DNA of 61,265 nucleotides, the filler included, from Aduncisulcus paluster (lineage: Eukaryota), in assembly GCA_024181965.1 (NCBI GenBank). It is 5 parts of 5 records of this genome, joined end to end, with 100 filler letters (N's around TTAATTAATTAA, not from the genome) between each part and the next. Parts side by side here need not be neighbours in the genome. Positions count along the whole stretch, not along the records: positions 38,625 to 61,265 come from BQXS01010990.1; 4 more parts are not named here. One strand, written 5' to 3'. The notes under the pieces are model-generated. The model did no database searches, was not told where the DNA came from, and saw only the letters and a program-made list of their open reading frames with translations. Of the stretch, positions 45,702 through 56,946 are shown in pieces (positions within the stretch are counted from its first letter, which is position 1; each line of letters starts with the position of its first letter). A program made the position numbers and the translations under genes.

Positions 45702-46436
45702 GAAAGATTATTTTTATTATTATTATTTTATTGTAAAACCCAGCGAGACAACAATCCTATCCCAAACATATTTCCTTTTGATTTATGGAGTTTTAGTCGA
45801 CTCGGCGAATCTTTTTTCGAGATTATTTCAGGTGAAAACCTCTATATTTGATTTTATTTATTTCTCTTTTGTTGAGTTATTTATTTATTATTATTATTTT
45901 GTCTCTCCCAGACCAAAGACAGGTGATTTCCATGCGTGGACTCTTGTTCAACAACTCTCTTTTTACATTGTATCGAATATTGTTGATAATACACTTAATA
46001 TCCCATTTTTTTTTCGGGGGGATATTATTTTTTCTATTTCCTTTGGTATATATCAAAAGTGGATAGATTATTCTTATATAAATGATGTGATTATTTTATT
46101 ATTACAGCCATTTTACCCCTTATTTTGGTTTTTTCTCTTTTTTGAAGGAGGTAAGATAGTTCTTCTTGTTATTGCTCAAATCAATTACTTTCGTAATAAA
46201 CTATTTAAATACTGCATTTTTATTCAATTTTTAAATCAGAATCCTCCAATATGGTGGGTTTAACGTGTGTAATTTCACACGGATTGAAATCCCCCTAATT
46301 TGCTTAATATCAACGTATGTTCATTCAATAATTTTTTTCTTTTAATAATAATAATAATATATTGTTCTTTTATCTTTTGGGTTTTTATGTATTTTGTACT
46401 TTTTATGTAGGAATTGATCTATTTTGTGGTAATAAC

Positions 46437-46925
46437 ATGCCTATACCCGATGAAATGGAAGATGCTGAACTTCGTTCGGTGATTAAACGAACTTTTGCTG
46501 AAATAGACTCTGATGGATTTGGTGTAATTCGAATTGAAGATATGAAACCCTTTCAGAGAGTTTTTGAAATGACCCCCGATGCTTTTCATAGTTTTCTTCA
46601 ATTTCTTAAGTTTTTTGATAAGAGTGGGGATGGAAGATTTAATTTAGAAGAGTTAATTGAGACATGTGTTATATATTCCTTATTGATGATGTTAGAAGAA
46701 TCCCATGTCCCTGAATTACGGAGAGAAGTGATTCGATTGTTATTTATTGCTCTTGATGAGGATGGATCGCAGACATTGGATAAAATGGAGTTGGAATATA
46801 TGGTCGGAATGATGGCAGATCATTGTGATGTTTCGAAAGAGGTTGCAATGCAAGCTTTTGATTTCGGTGCAGATAAAGAGGAAATTACACTTGAAGAATT
46901 CATTGAAACGTTTGATTTCTTGTAA
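46437..46925 (+). CDS. EF-hand calcium-binding protein
   Basis: Loops DSDGFGVIRIED, DKSGDGRFNLEE and DEDGSQTLDKME, plus a degenerate fourth (ITLEEF). Confidence 0.88.
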   Translation: MPIPDEMEDAELRSVIKRTFAEIDSDGFGVIRIEDMKPFQRVFEMTPDAFHSFLQFLKFFDKSGDGRFNLEELIETCVIYSLLMMLEESHVPELRREVIRLLFIALDEDGSQTLDKMELEYMVGMMADHCDVSKEVAMQAFDFGADKEEITLEEFIETFDFL

Positions 46926-47359
46926 TTTAGTGATGTATCACACTTTAACAACCGAACTCTTTTGAGTGCCAGTTTAAGATATATTTAGATTTATCCAATT
47001 TTTCAGAAGTCTAATTTGCATCAATCTAATGAATTTATCTATTTATATTGTGTTATTTACTGTCTGAGTTCAATCAATGACGGTCTAAGACAATGTTATT
47101 CTGAAATGAGCCCAATTATTCACAATAATGTTAACAATTCAACTCTCAAGCCTCTTATGGTCTTCTTCGTTTTGATTCATTCCCTTTATGTTCGATAGAT
47201 AAGTCCTTATTATCTGTGAATCGACAAGATAAGTGCATAATGGTGCTTTGGTGTTTGACATATTCATTAGTCAATTTTTCTTATTCTTGTTGAGTTTCTC
47301 AGATGTTTTTTATTCGAATGGAATTTCTCAGGGCGAATCTGTTGAAAGTAGATGCCCAG

Positions 47360-50300
47360 TTACGCAGGTTGCATATTCCTTTTTCTGCTTTTTAATAATG
47401 TCTTCAATTTTTGGACATTCCCATCCTTCTCCAATCTTGGAAGCAGGGCTTTGATCGATTGCACCTTCTTGCGAGCTTTATGGACGCTCATACGTTCTCC
47501 AACGTTCCTTTTTGTTAACCCAATAAATACTTCATTAATACAGTCATAAACAGGTTTGTATCTACCACCTTCTATTGTTTCGAGGAGAGAGAAACAGATA
47601 TTTCCAGCAAGTGATTGTGTGGATTCCGATTCAATCGTCTCTTTGATGTTCTTCAGAAGATCCTTTGGTTCACTAACACCTCTGAAAATGGGTAATCCAA
47701 TAAACGGATATTTACAAAGAAACAGGGAAAGTATTGACATTCCAAGAGAATATGCATCACCCTTTTGGGTTTGAATCCCTTCTGTAAGCGATTCATATGA
47801 ATTGAACACGAGGGTTCCACAGATTGTTCGCTCCTTTTGTTTAGCATCTTTACCATCAGAATCGGCAGATTCAACAACACTCTCGGAGAAGGTGGTACAA
47901 ACCTTGGAGGAAGAGATAGAGTCTTGAATCTGAGCAAGACCAAGATCAGCAAGAACAACAGTGCATTTCTTTGAATCAGGATCAACACGAACAAGGAAGT
48001 TGTCAGGTTTGATGTCTCGGTGAATAAGCTTTCGTTTAGCCCTGAATACATCGTCAAGACATTCAATCATCCCAATGCAGAGAGAACACAGTTTTACAGG
48101 ATTTAGGGTTGTGAGATCAAAGAACCCAGAACTTGAGGACGAGTCTGAGCGTTCAGAGTCAGATGACTCAGAAACATCATCGTCATCAGCACTCGCATAC
48201 TTGCCATCTGCACACCAACTCTTTGCAAACACACTCACACTGCCTCCAATACAGAATTCCATCAAAAAGCCATATACACCCGTGAAATCTGCATCGAGAA
48301 GATCGAGGATGTACAAAGGACGTGGGATACGATTGAAACATTTGGGATTGTTGAACAGTCTTTGTTGCACTTTAAACTCCTTCCGACACCCTTCCACAAC
48401 AGTTTCATCCGCAATCCGAAGCATCCTCTTCAGCACACATGGGAAAGGGATGTCATCGATTTTAACAAGAAGAACTTCACCAAATCCACCAATGCCAATC
48501 GTGCACAACTGAGTGATGGTTGATGAAGAAGTGAGGGTAAAAGAATCGGATTTTGGAGAAGGATGAGATTCATGATTTGGTATTTGGGTATGACTTCGAT
48601 TGAAATCATCGGCAATTGTTTCTTCTTTAATTTTATGTCTGACTTTATGTGTCTGACGGCGTTGAGTTTTACCTTTAGGAGATTGATTTGATTTAGATAG
48701 GTCACTGATATCAATCACGATACTACTACTAGGCGGTTTGGGCTTTTTCGAGTGTTTGGGCCTTGACGATTTGATGGCATGACATCGAGGTGGAGGAGGC
48801 GGAATGTCACTTGATGAATTATCTCTGTCTTCAGAATCCATCAGAAATGATGGATCAGAGGAAGAAGACGAAAAAGAATCACTGTCGCTTTCATCAGTAC
48901 TAGGCATATATTGGGCATCCACTGAAGGGATATACGAATCAGGAAGATAGGGATCTCGATTCCGTCTTAACTCCCTTTTTGCTGATCTGAACTCTTCACC
49001 TTTAACAAAAACATTCTTGCCACCTAATTTATATACAACATACATAACACATTCCTCAAGCAAGAAAAGGTATATAAAATCTTTAACATTTAGATGATCT
49101 ATGAATTGACGAAGAACAAAACCAGCAGCAAGAACATCTTTTGTAGCGACTTTAATCCTCATTTTCCCATCTTCAGTCGTGAACTTTGGGATGACATCAG
49201 GATCTAACCTTCTCAAAAAGTTCTTCACATATTCCTTAATAAGTTTTCTAGAAGTAAATTTCTCCCTGTATTTCTTCCTGATGCCAATAAAAAGTTCATT
49301 TTCGCCTTGAACTTCAGGCCACTCATCTTTTTCTTCTTCTATTATTGAATAATAAGGAAGATGTGGTTTGTGAGAACTACGAACAGCAATGGCTGGGTCA
49401 GAGCCACTACTATCATACTCAACAAAGACATGGGAGCTAACTTGTGAGTATGATATGACATCACTATCGCTCTCGTCAGTGGGAGATTTTTGAGAGTCGT
49501 CAGGAGCCGTAACCACCACATTCTTACCATCCAACTTAAAAACAACAAATTTCACACATTCCTCAAGCAAGAAATAATCGGCAAAATCTTTGACATTTTT
49601 ATGATCAATAAATTGATAAATAACAAAACATGCGTCAGGAACATCTTTTGTGGCAACTTTAATCCTCATTTTCCCATCTTCATCAGTGAACTTTGGAATG
49701 ACATCAGGATCTAACTTTCTCAAAAAGTTTTTTATATACTCCTTTATAGGTTTTCTAGAATTCAATTTGTCCCTGAATTTCTTCCTTATGCCAACAAGAA
49801 GTTCATTTTCACCTTGGATTTCAGGCCACTCGTCAGGTTTATCATCCTCAACTGGATACTCATCCTCTTCTTCGTCTTCCTTAGTTAATGATTTCCTTCT
49901 TTTCATCTTTATCTCACCACTCGACCCGTGCTTTCCGCTCCTTCCCTTCTTATTGACAGCATGTGTCGAACCATCAATATCATAGTTGTCTCCATCATAT
50001 TGTTTGTGAGTGTCCATCCTAACAGATTCAGCTCTAAACCCCTCTTCAGGATGAGAAGGAAAGGTCTCCCACGGATCTGTTCCACCTTCATTCTTTCCTT
50101 TCCTTTCCTTTCTTCCTCCCTCTNNNNNNNNNNNNNNNNNNNNCTCAACTGGATACTCATCCTCTTCTTCGTCTTCCTTAGTTAATGATTTCCTTCTTTT
50201 CATCTTTATCTCACCACTCGACCCGTGCTTTCCGCTCCTTCCCTTCTTATTGACAGCATGTGTCGAACCATCAATATCATAGTTGTCTCCATCATATTGT

Positions 50301-51516
50301 TTGTGAGTGTCCATCCTAACAGATTCAGCTCTAAACCCCTCTTCAGGATGAGAAGGAAAGGTCTCCCACGGATCTGTTCCACCTTCATTCTTTCCTTTCC
50401 TTTCCTTTCTTCCTCCCTCTCGAGAGAAGAGTCACGGGATAATCTGATTGTAGCAGAGTGAGAAGTGAGTTGTTTGTCATGAAGAATAGAGGTAGATTTA
50501 CGAGAGGATGTGATATCTTGGGATGAACGTCTGATATGGCCACTTCCTTCCTTCGGTTCATGTGGTGGTGGCAACGAAGGTGGCAGTGATAGTGGGGTCT
50601 CAGGAAGAGGGAAAGAGAACTTTAATTTATAGGTCGATACAGGATGTATGCGACCGTGAAGTACTTGATTGAATTGAAACTTGAAAGATCCTTCTCTGTG
50701 ACACTCCGCAACCTTTTGTGGATTGGAAAAGGCAACAGCATATCTAGTATCATCAATTCGTTTAAAATAAGCCAGTCTTCCTCTTTTAGCACACTCTGAA
50801 CTAACAACATAGGCAGGAACATTTTTATCTGTCACAACGGTTATCTTTTGAGAGGGCAATATTGCTCGAGGATTATCACATTCTGGAGATACTGAACTGC
50901 CAGGGAAATAATTCATAAGATGACAGCCAGTTATGGTTCCATATATTGTCTTACAATAAAAATTGTATGACACATTTTTGCCTCGGGCTTGGAATACAGC
51001 AGGAATAGCCATTCGAGCCTGCTGAATATTAAATATCTCAAAAGCATTCGGGTTTGATGGGTTCAAGGGTGTAAACGCATAAATAAACGAAGTAATTTTC
51101 GATTTGATGCTGGAATATGTTCCACTACCACTGGATATGATCTGACCTTCCAAAGGATGAAGAGGAATTCCAGTGGTTGTCATAGCACGTTTGGGTACCT
51201 TTTGAGCTTTTCCTTCGCCAAATATCCGAATCTTATCAGCATGAGGCATTATTTCTGAGCAAATAATCACATCTGGCGCAATATTTTTCAGGGAAGTAAC
51301 AAATGGGTCAACGAGAAGAAAATGAAATATTTCCCTCCGTTGGGATAAGAATTTATAATATGTAGATTTAAGAACAACAATATGGGCCTCTGTGCCGAAT
51401 GCCATTTCTGCAGCTATTACACCCGGTTGGTGATATTGAGCTTCATATTTCCGAAAAAAATCATCATACATCCGTTTTGGAACTCCATATAGAATTAGAT
51501 AATATGTCTGAGACAT
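47360..51516 (-). CDS. Multidomain protein kinase (unknown N-terminal region, two ~108-aa repeats, C-terminal kinase); frame break at (AGGAA)3 near 50400, or two overlapping genes
   Basis: IGIGGFGEV, CVLK, HRDIKPDNFL, ADLGLA, CGTLVFNSYE. The upstream ORF 50206-51516 stays out of frame even after collapsing the gap duplicate. Confidence 0.8.
49004..49834 (-). repeat. Two diverged ~324-nt coding repeats (49834-49511 and 49327-49004)
   Basis: DEWPEIQGENELLVGIRKK...FLLEECVKFVVFKLDGKNVVV vs DEWPEVQGENELFIGIRKK...FLLEECVMYVVYKLGGKNVFV. Confidence 0.92.
49847..50420. repeat. Duplicated flanks (49847-50123 = 50144-50420) around a 20-N gap; probable artefact
   Basis: Identical 277-nt copies at offset 297. 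Confidence 0.88.
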
Positions 51517-51858
51517 GGCCTCAAAATATGGAAAACATCAATAAATAAACACATCAGAAACATTAATTGAGGAGAATTGGCGATTAATAATGAACCGAAA
51601 ATAGATAAAAACAAAATCAAATCCTTTGTTTGTTCACAATTAGATTTTATAATATTGTTATAGTGAAACCTTCGTTTGTTGTTGTTCCCTACCGGTTTTC
51701 ACCGGTCCTGAACCGACCAAATTCCTCAAGAATTCTTTCTTGAAAACAGTTTCTAAAAATGGAGAAAATAAAGTTGTTTATTGTAATGATGACCGTATAA
51801 ATATCCTCTCAGCCCACGTAAACTGCAGATTCAAACTCCAAAAGGCAAGGTTCATTTC

Positions 51859-54800
51859 TCAATGGGCAAGCATGTGAATATAATTATTAAACTTAGTTGT
51901 GGTTGTTGAAAGTGATTCAAATATGAGTTTTCTGAAGTACTCGGCCGCTTCTTCATCCGAAAGCTCCAAGACAAAAGCGTCTCTCATCCACAAAATATCA
52001 TCAATCTTCTGCAATTCAGGAATACCAGTGCAGACCATCAATCCCATGAGATTCATGAAAACGTCAGCTTTTGCTCGAAGAATATTGAATGCTTCCCCAC
52101 AAATCTTGCAGAAACGCTCAAACTTGGCACTCTTGGTCCCAGCAAGAACATGAGCAAACGATGGAGTGAAAACGAATGGAGCTTTCTCTCTCTTAATTCC
52201 AAACTTTGTCTTGAAATTTCCCAAGAAATGTCCGAAATCGATGTGAAACAATTTTCCATCGGTCGAAAGCATGATATTCGAAGGATGACGATCTCCAACC
52301 CCGAGAACCCAAGTGGCCACGCAATATCCAGCACATGATTTCAAGAAGTTTTCAACAGCCATTTCATACATTCGTTCGGTTGGATTGTGTTGTTTCAGCC
52401 ATTCAGCAATAGGTTTGTCACTAAAAGCTCCTCTCATAGCTCCACTCATTTCCTTCATGATTTTAGCGGTTGTCTCTGCATTTCTAACAATCTGGAGCAG
52501 TCCTTCCATGTCTCCAGTCGCTGCACACAGATACGGAGAGAGAGAGAGGTTAATGCCATTGTTCTGCCAATATGTGTCCATGAGTCTGAGGAGTTGGAGT
52601 GTGAGTTGATCCTGCCTGAGATCATCTCCAACTTTGTAGAGAATGTCATAGACTTCATCGCCATAGTCAGAATTGATAAAGCGCAAGAAGAGAGGCTTTT
52701 TCTTACTGTCCATGAACTTGCATGATTTGGGAACAAGAGCTTTCAAATGGATGAAAGGAGAGAGAGGGAGAGCAAAATGTGGGGAAGGAAGAGACAGAGC
52801 TGCTAATTTCTTCCTCAGGACAACGTTCTTCTCTTTGTCACTCACAGATTTGATATCACTGGTGATCTGAATGAGATTATTATTAACGACAACTTGATCA
52901 ACAATGTCCTTGACTTGAGATTTATACACACTCAGCCCAAGTAATAACGACTCAAGGAGAACACAAAACCTCTCTGCAAACCGAGCATTACACAACTCGG
53001 CCTTCACTTTCCATAACCAGGCATGCCCAATGGTCATTGGAGATGAAATGGAACGACGCAGAAGGAATCGTGATAAATGGGAATCGTGGTGTGATTCAAA
53101 CTTCAATGCTTGGTTCAGTTGAAGTAACAGGGGACTCAGAACCTCATCCGTGCAGAACTCAAGACACTCAATGGCCATCTCTCGGACAACTTCATTGTTA
53201 AAGTGCATATCCAAGAGTTGAATGGCACGGAGAGGTCCCAATCGACTCCACTTTGATATCAATCTCCTTGCTTCTTGGCGACTGCTCCGGCATGCCCAGC
53301 CTACTGAACGAGCAAACAGGGGCAGGGCAGATGGTATCTGAACAAGTAAATTCCTGTATCTCCAGATAACTTCCTTATCTCTATTTGTAAGGGGAGTCAG
53401 AGGATCACGACGGCCGATTGCTTTGACTTCTGCAGGAAGAATGACACGATCTCCTTTCATTTTGGCACGAACAGCACAATCGACGATATCTTTCTCTCTT
53501 TTCTCCACTTCAGGACACAATTCAACCTCATCTTCTCCATTATCACCACAGACTACTGGACCGATATATTTGTCAAGTTCAATGTCAAGACGAATGGGAC
53601 AAGCGTCAACAGTATTGGATGAGGTGCAATCGACAAATGAGGCTGAAGCGTCACTCCACAGATTGACATTCATAGGACCTGCGTTAAGGACCTTCTCGGT
53701 ATTACAGACTGGAATATTAACCCACCCAAGAGGGATATCAGAGCCTAAAGCACTAGAGGATATAGGAATTGATAGAGGGTGTAGGAAGGAGTCGAAATGA
53801 GTGGAAGATGGTGACGCAGATGAGGTGGAGGGAGAGGAAGAAGAGGGGGGAATAGAAATAGGGTTAAGATGAGCAGTGCTGAAACGACGACTTTTCCTGG
53901 CTTGGAGAATTTGTTCTCCTTCTGCTTCTGCCATTACTCCAAGAGTTCCACTGGGTGTCAACGATGTTCCTGAAGCTCCAGCCTTCGCTGCAGAATCAGA
54001 GAAACTATTCATTTTCATGTGAGACGGCATAAATAGAGATGATGAGTGATGGTGGTGGTGTCTGGCACTGGGAGCTCCAGCAAAGGAGTTAACATCCCAT
54101 GAGGAACGTGTGGCTCGTCTTGATTGAGGCTCACTCGGTGACATTTCTCTGTTGCCAGTGACTTCCTGGACACCATGGGTATTGGATGTTGCATAAAGAG
54201 TCAAGCTCACGCGACTATCGGGTGGAATATCACGAACAGAAACACCAAATGATATCCATTCGCCCCAGTAAGCCCCAGTATTGATGGCATTGGCACAAAC
54301 TTCCTGTGCTTTCTGTCTCAGTTCTTCAATTCTTCGCAGTCTCCCTTGCTTATAAAGTGACACAGACTGAGTTGGCGAATGGATTGGAACAGAAAGCGGT
54401 GAGAGTGATGTGCATACGGGCATACACACTCGTTCACCTCCATGCGTGAGTTCAGCCACAACATATAGTTTTATCTTGGCTGAAGTAAAGAACCCAACAT
54501 CGTATCCCTTTGAACTTTCTTTGGCTCCCATTCCAGGCAGATTGCGCCACTTTAAACACCCATTCCCTGGCAGATTGAATGCTTTGACAATCCTGATTCT
54601 GAATGTTTGATATACTGATGCCGATTTTATCACCACGGGGTTAATTCTTGTAAGATTATGATAAGCGATTGATCTAATCTTATGGTCTTCTCTTCTGAAC
54701 ATTTTGAACAGTTTCCTTCGGTGGGCCATGTATTTCTTCCATCTTTTGCTATTTGCAACAAGCACATCCCTCGGACATGTCGTGTTGTGTGTGTGTGTGT

Positions 54801-56639
54801 GAATATAAGAATGGGGATGATGATGGGAGAGTGACGAATAGGAAGACAAGGAGGAAGAAGAGGAAGAGGAAGAAGAGGAAGAAGAGGAGGAAGGGGCTAT
54901 AAGAGTTGATCCGCGTACCAATTCAATCTCTCGTCTCCTTTCATCCACTCTCTTGACGAAATCAAGAGCCCATGGAGGAGGGGCTGGAGGGGTCTTGAGG
55001 GATAGATAGCTGACTTCTGCAATACATACAAGACTCACAGCAATGGCATTTGTCGCGGCATACATCTTTCTGGTTACATCATGGACAAGCAGAGCCTCTT
55101 CTGGATGGATTATGAACTCCATGCCATACACTTTGAAACAATACAGAGAAGCATCGTCAGGCATATGCAAAGAATGTAATAAATCACGCACATTTCCTTT
55201 CTCAAGGAATGCACTGATAGCACCATAGCAAGTAGTCGAGAATGAAACATGGAGACCTTTTCGAGTACCTCCAGGTAGGTGAACACGGAGAAGCACTCGT
55301 TCACACATCAACTTGTCCACATCAAGCCATAACGAGGGCACTGATCCCTGATGAGGTGGGATATGGGTCATAACATCACAGATCATGCTTCCAAGGCTTT
55401 CTTTGGCACGGTGGAAAGTGTCGGATCGTCTAATTCGGGAGGGAACGGACACAACGCACGATAATGTCGCTGATATAGACTGTGTTGGATGGATTGGAAG
55501 GTTTTTGGAGAATAGATTGAGATGGGGAGGAGAAGGAGCAGCAGGAAACAGGGATTTGGTATGACCTCGGAAATATGAGGAAAGAATATGGGCAGGTAAG
55601 AGAGGAATCTTCTCGATTTTATCTCTTTCCTTGCTGGCATCGAATGAAGAAGGAATATTTAGCCGTTCAGGAGCACAATTTCTGAGACGCCCCTTTTTAG
55701 AAGAGGAAGTCGCAATATTAAGTTTCNNNNNNNNNNNNNNNNNNNNCGTCTAATTCGGGAGGGAACGGACACAACGCACGATAATGTCGCTGATATAGAC
55801 TGTGTTGGATGGATTGGAAGGTTTTTGGAGAATAGATTGAGATGGGGAGGAGAAGGAGCAGCAGGAAACAGGGATTTGGTATGACCTCGGAAATATGAGG
55901 AAAGAATATGGGCAGGTAAGAGAGGAATCTTCTCGATTTTATCTCTTTCCTTGCTGGCATCGAATGAAGAAGGAATATTTAGCCGTTCAGGAGCACAATT
56001 TCTGAGACGCCCCTTTTTAGAAGAGGAAGTCGCAATATTAAGTTTCTTTTTGCGCGAAAATGATGATATTTTTCTGTGTCTCCCATATTTTTGAGTTGAA
56101 ACAATTCGATTGGCGATAGATTTTCCAATACCCTGAATTCCACCAAAAGATGGGAAAAACAGGTTTCTAATTGTTCTTTGAGATTCTTTGTTCTTTTGTT
56201 CCCGTGAACTAAGACAAACATCTGGATATAAGGTAACAGAAGGTGGAAATGGAGGAGGAATTATAGGTTCTGTGGTACTAACAGAAGATGGTAATTGGGG
56301 TAAAATAAATGAGTGTTTTAAATATGATTCGGAGTTAATTTGAGATAGTTCGTCCCGTTCTTTTTCACTATGGAGATATAATACAAGATTGTTGTAAGGG
56401 ATATCTAAACAATCACAAATTAAACATATTTCCTGACTTTCGAGATAAAAAAGGTCATTATAGCGAGCTGGATCCTGTTCATTTGAAAAAAACCATTGAG
56501 ATCCTTCTTCAGATTCAAAAATGGTTTTAAAATGGGAAAATATATTATATTTGAGGGAACTTAGGGTAGTATAGCAATTAAATCTAGTTATATATTCAAT
56601 AACTTCTTTGTTGTTGTTAAAATAAATCTTAACATTCAT
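51859..56639 (-). CDS. Class I-type phosphatidylinositol 3-kinase catalytic subunit (~1486 aa after collapsing the gap duplication)
   Basis: RBD-like segment, C2 domain (WGEWISF, IPLGWVN), helical domain, MDSKKKPL, KVGDDLRQDQLTLQ, SCAGYCVAT, GDRHPSNIM, HIDFGHFLGNFK. ORF 55659-56639 joins in frame after removing the 320-nt offset. Confidence 0.95.
55427..56046. repeat. Duplicated flanks (55427-55726 = 55747-56046) around a 20-N gap; probable artefact
   Basis: Identical 300-nt copies; collapsing them restores the frame. Confidence 0.9.
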
Positions 56640-56946
56640 GATCCTTGCAAAATTCGATAACTCAATGGTTTAGAATAGTTGTGGTTCACAAGAAAGATAT
56701 TTCAATTTTATTAATACAATTATTAATATATCTTATTGAAATTATTTTATTGGTTTTGTAGATTCAGAGATATTCAGCATAACTCAGAGTCTAAGGGAAA
56801 ATCGGGTTTATCAATCATAATAATATGTGAAAATGCAAAATTTCTTATTTTTGGTTTTGATTGTTGACATATTACTTTATTTTATCTTAAAGACAAAACG
56901 GAATACTACGGAATGGATTTTTTGTGGTAGTTGATTGTTTTTTTCA

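Noticed and set aside
45670-46263. 197-aa F/I/Y-rich ORF
   Set aside because: Non-ATG start overlapping the PKA end; composition mirrors T-rich intergenic DNA.
1790-50406. A general programmed-frameshifting system behind the three frame breaks
   Set aside because: The shifts differ in direction, share no slippery motif or stop context, and all lie in purine-rich low-complexity tracts prone to error.
5816-56046. Four 270-409-nt direct repeats as tandem duplications or mobile-element ends
   Set aside because: Each pair abuts a 20-N gap and is essentially identical, and collapsing restores genes. These are unmerged contig overlaps.
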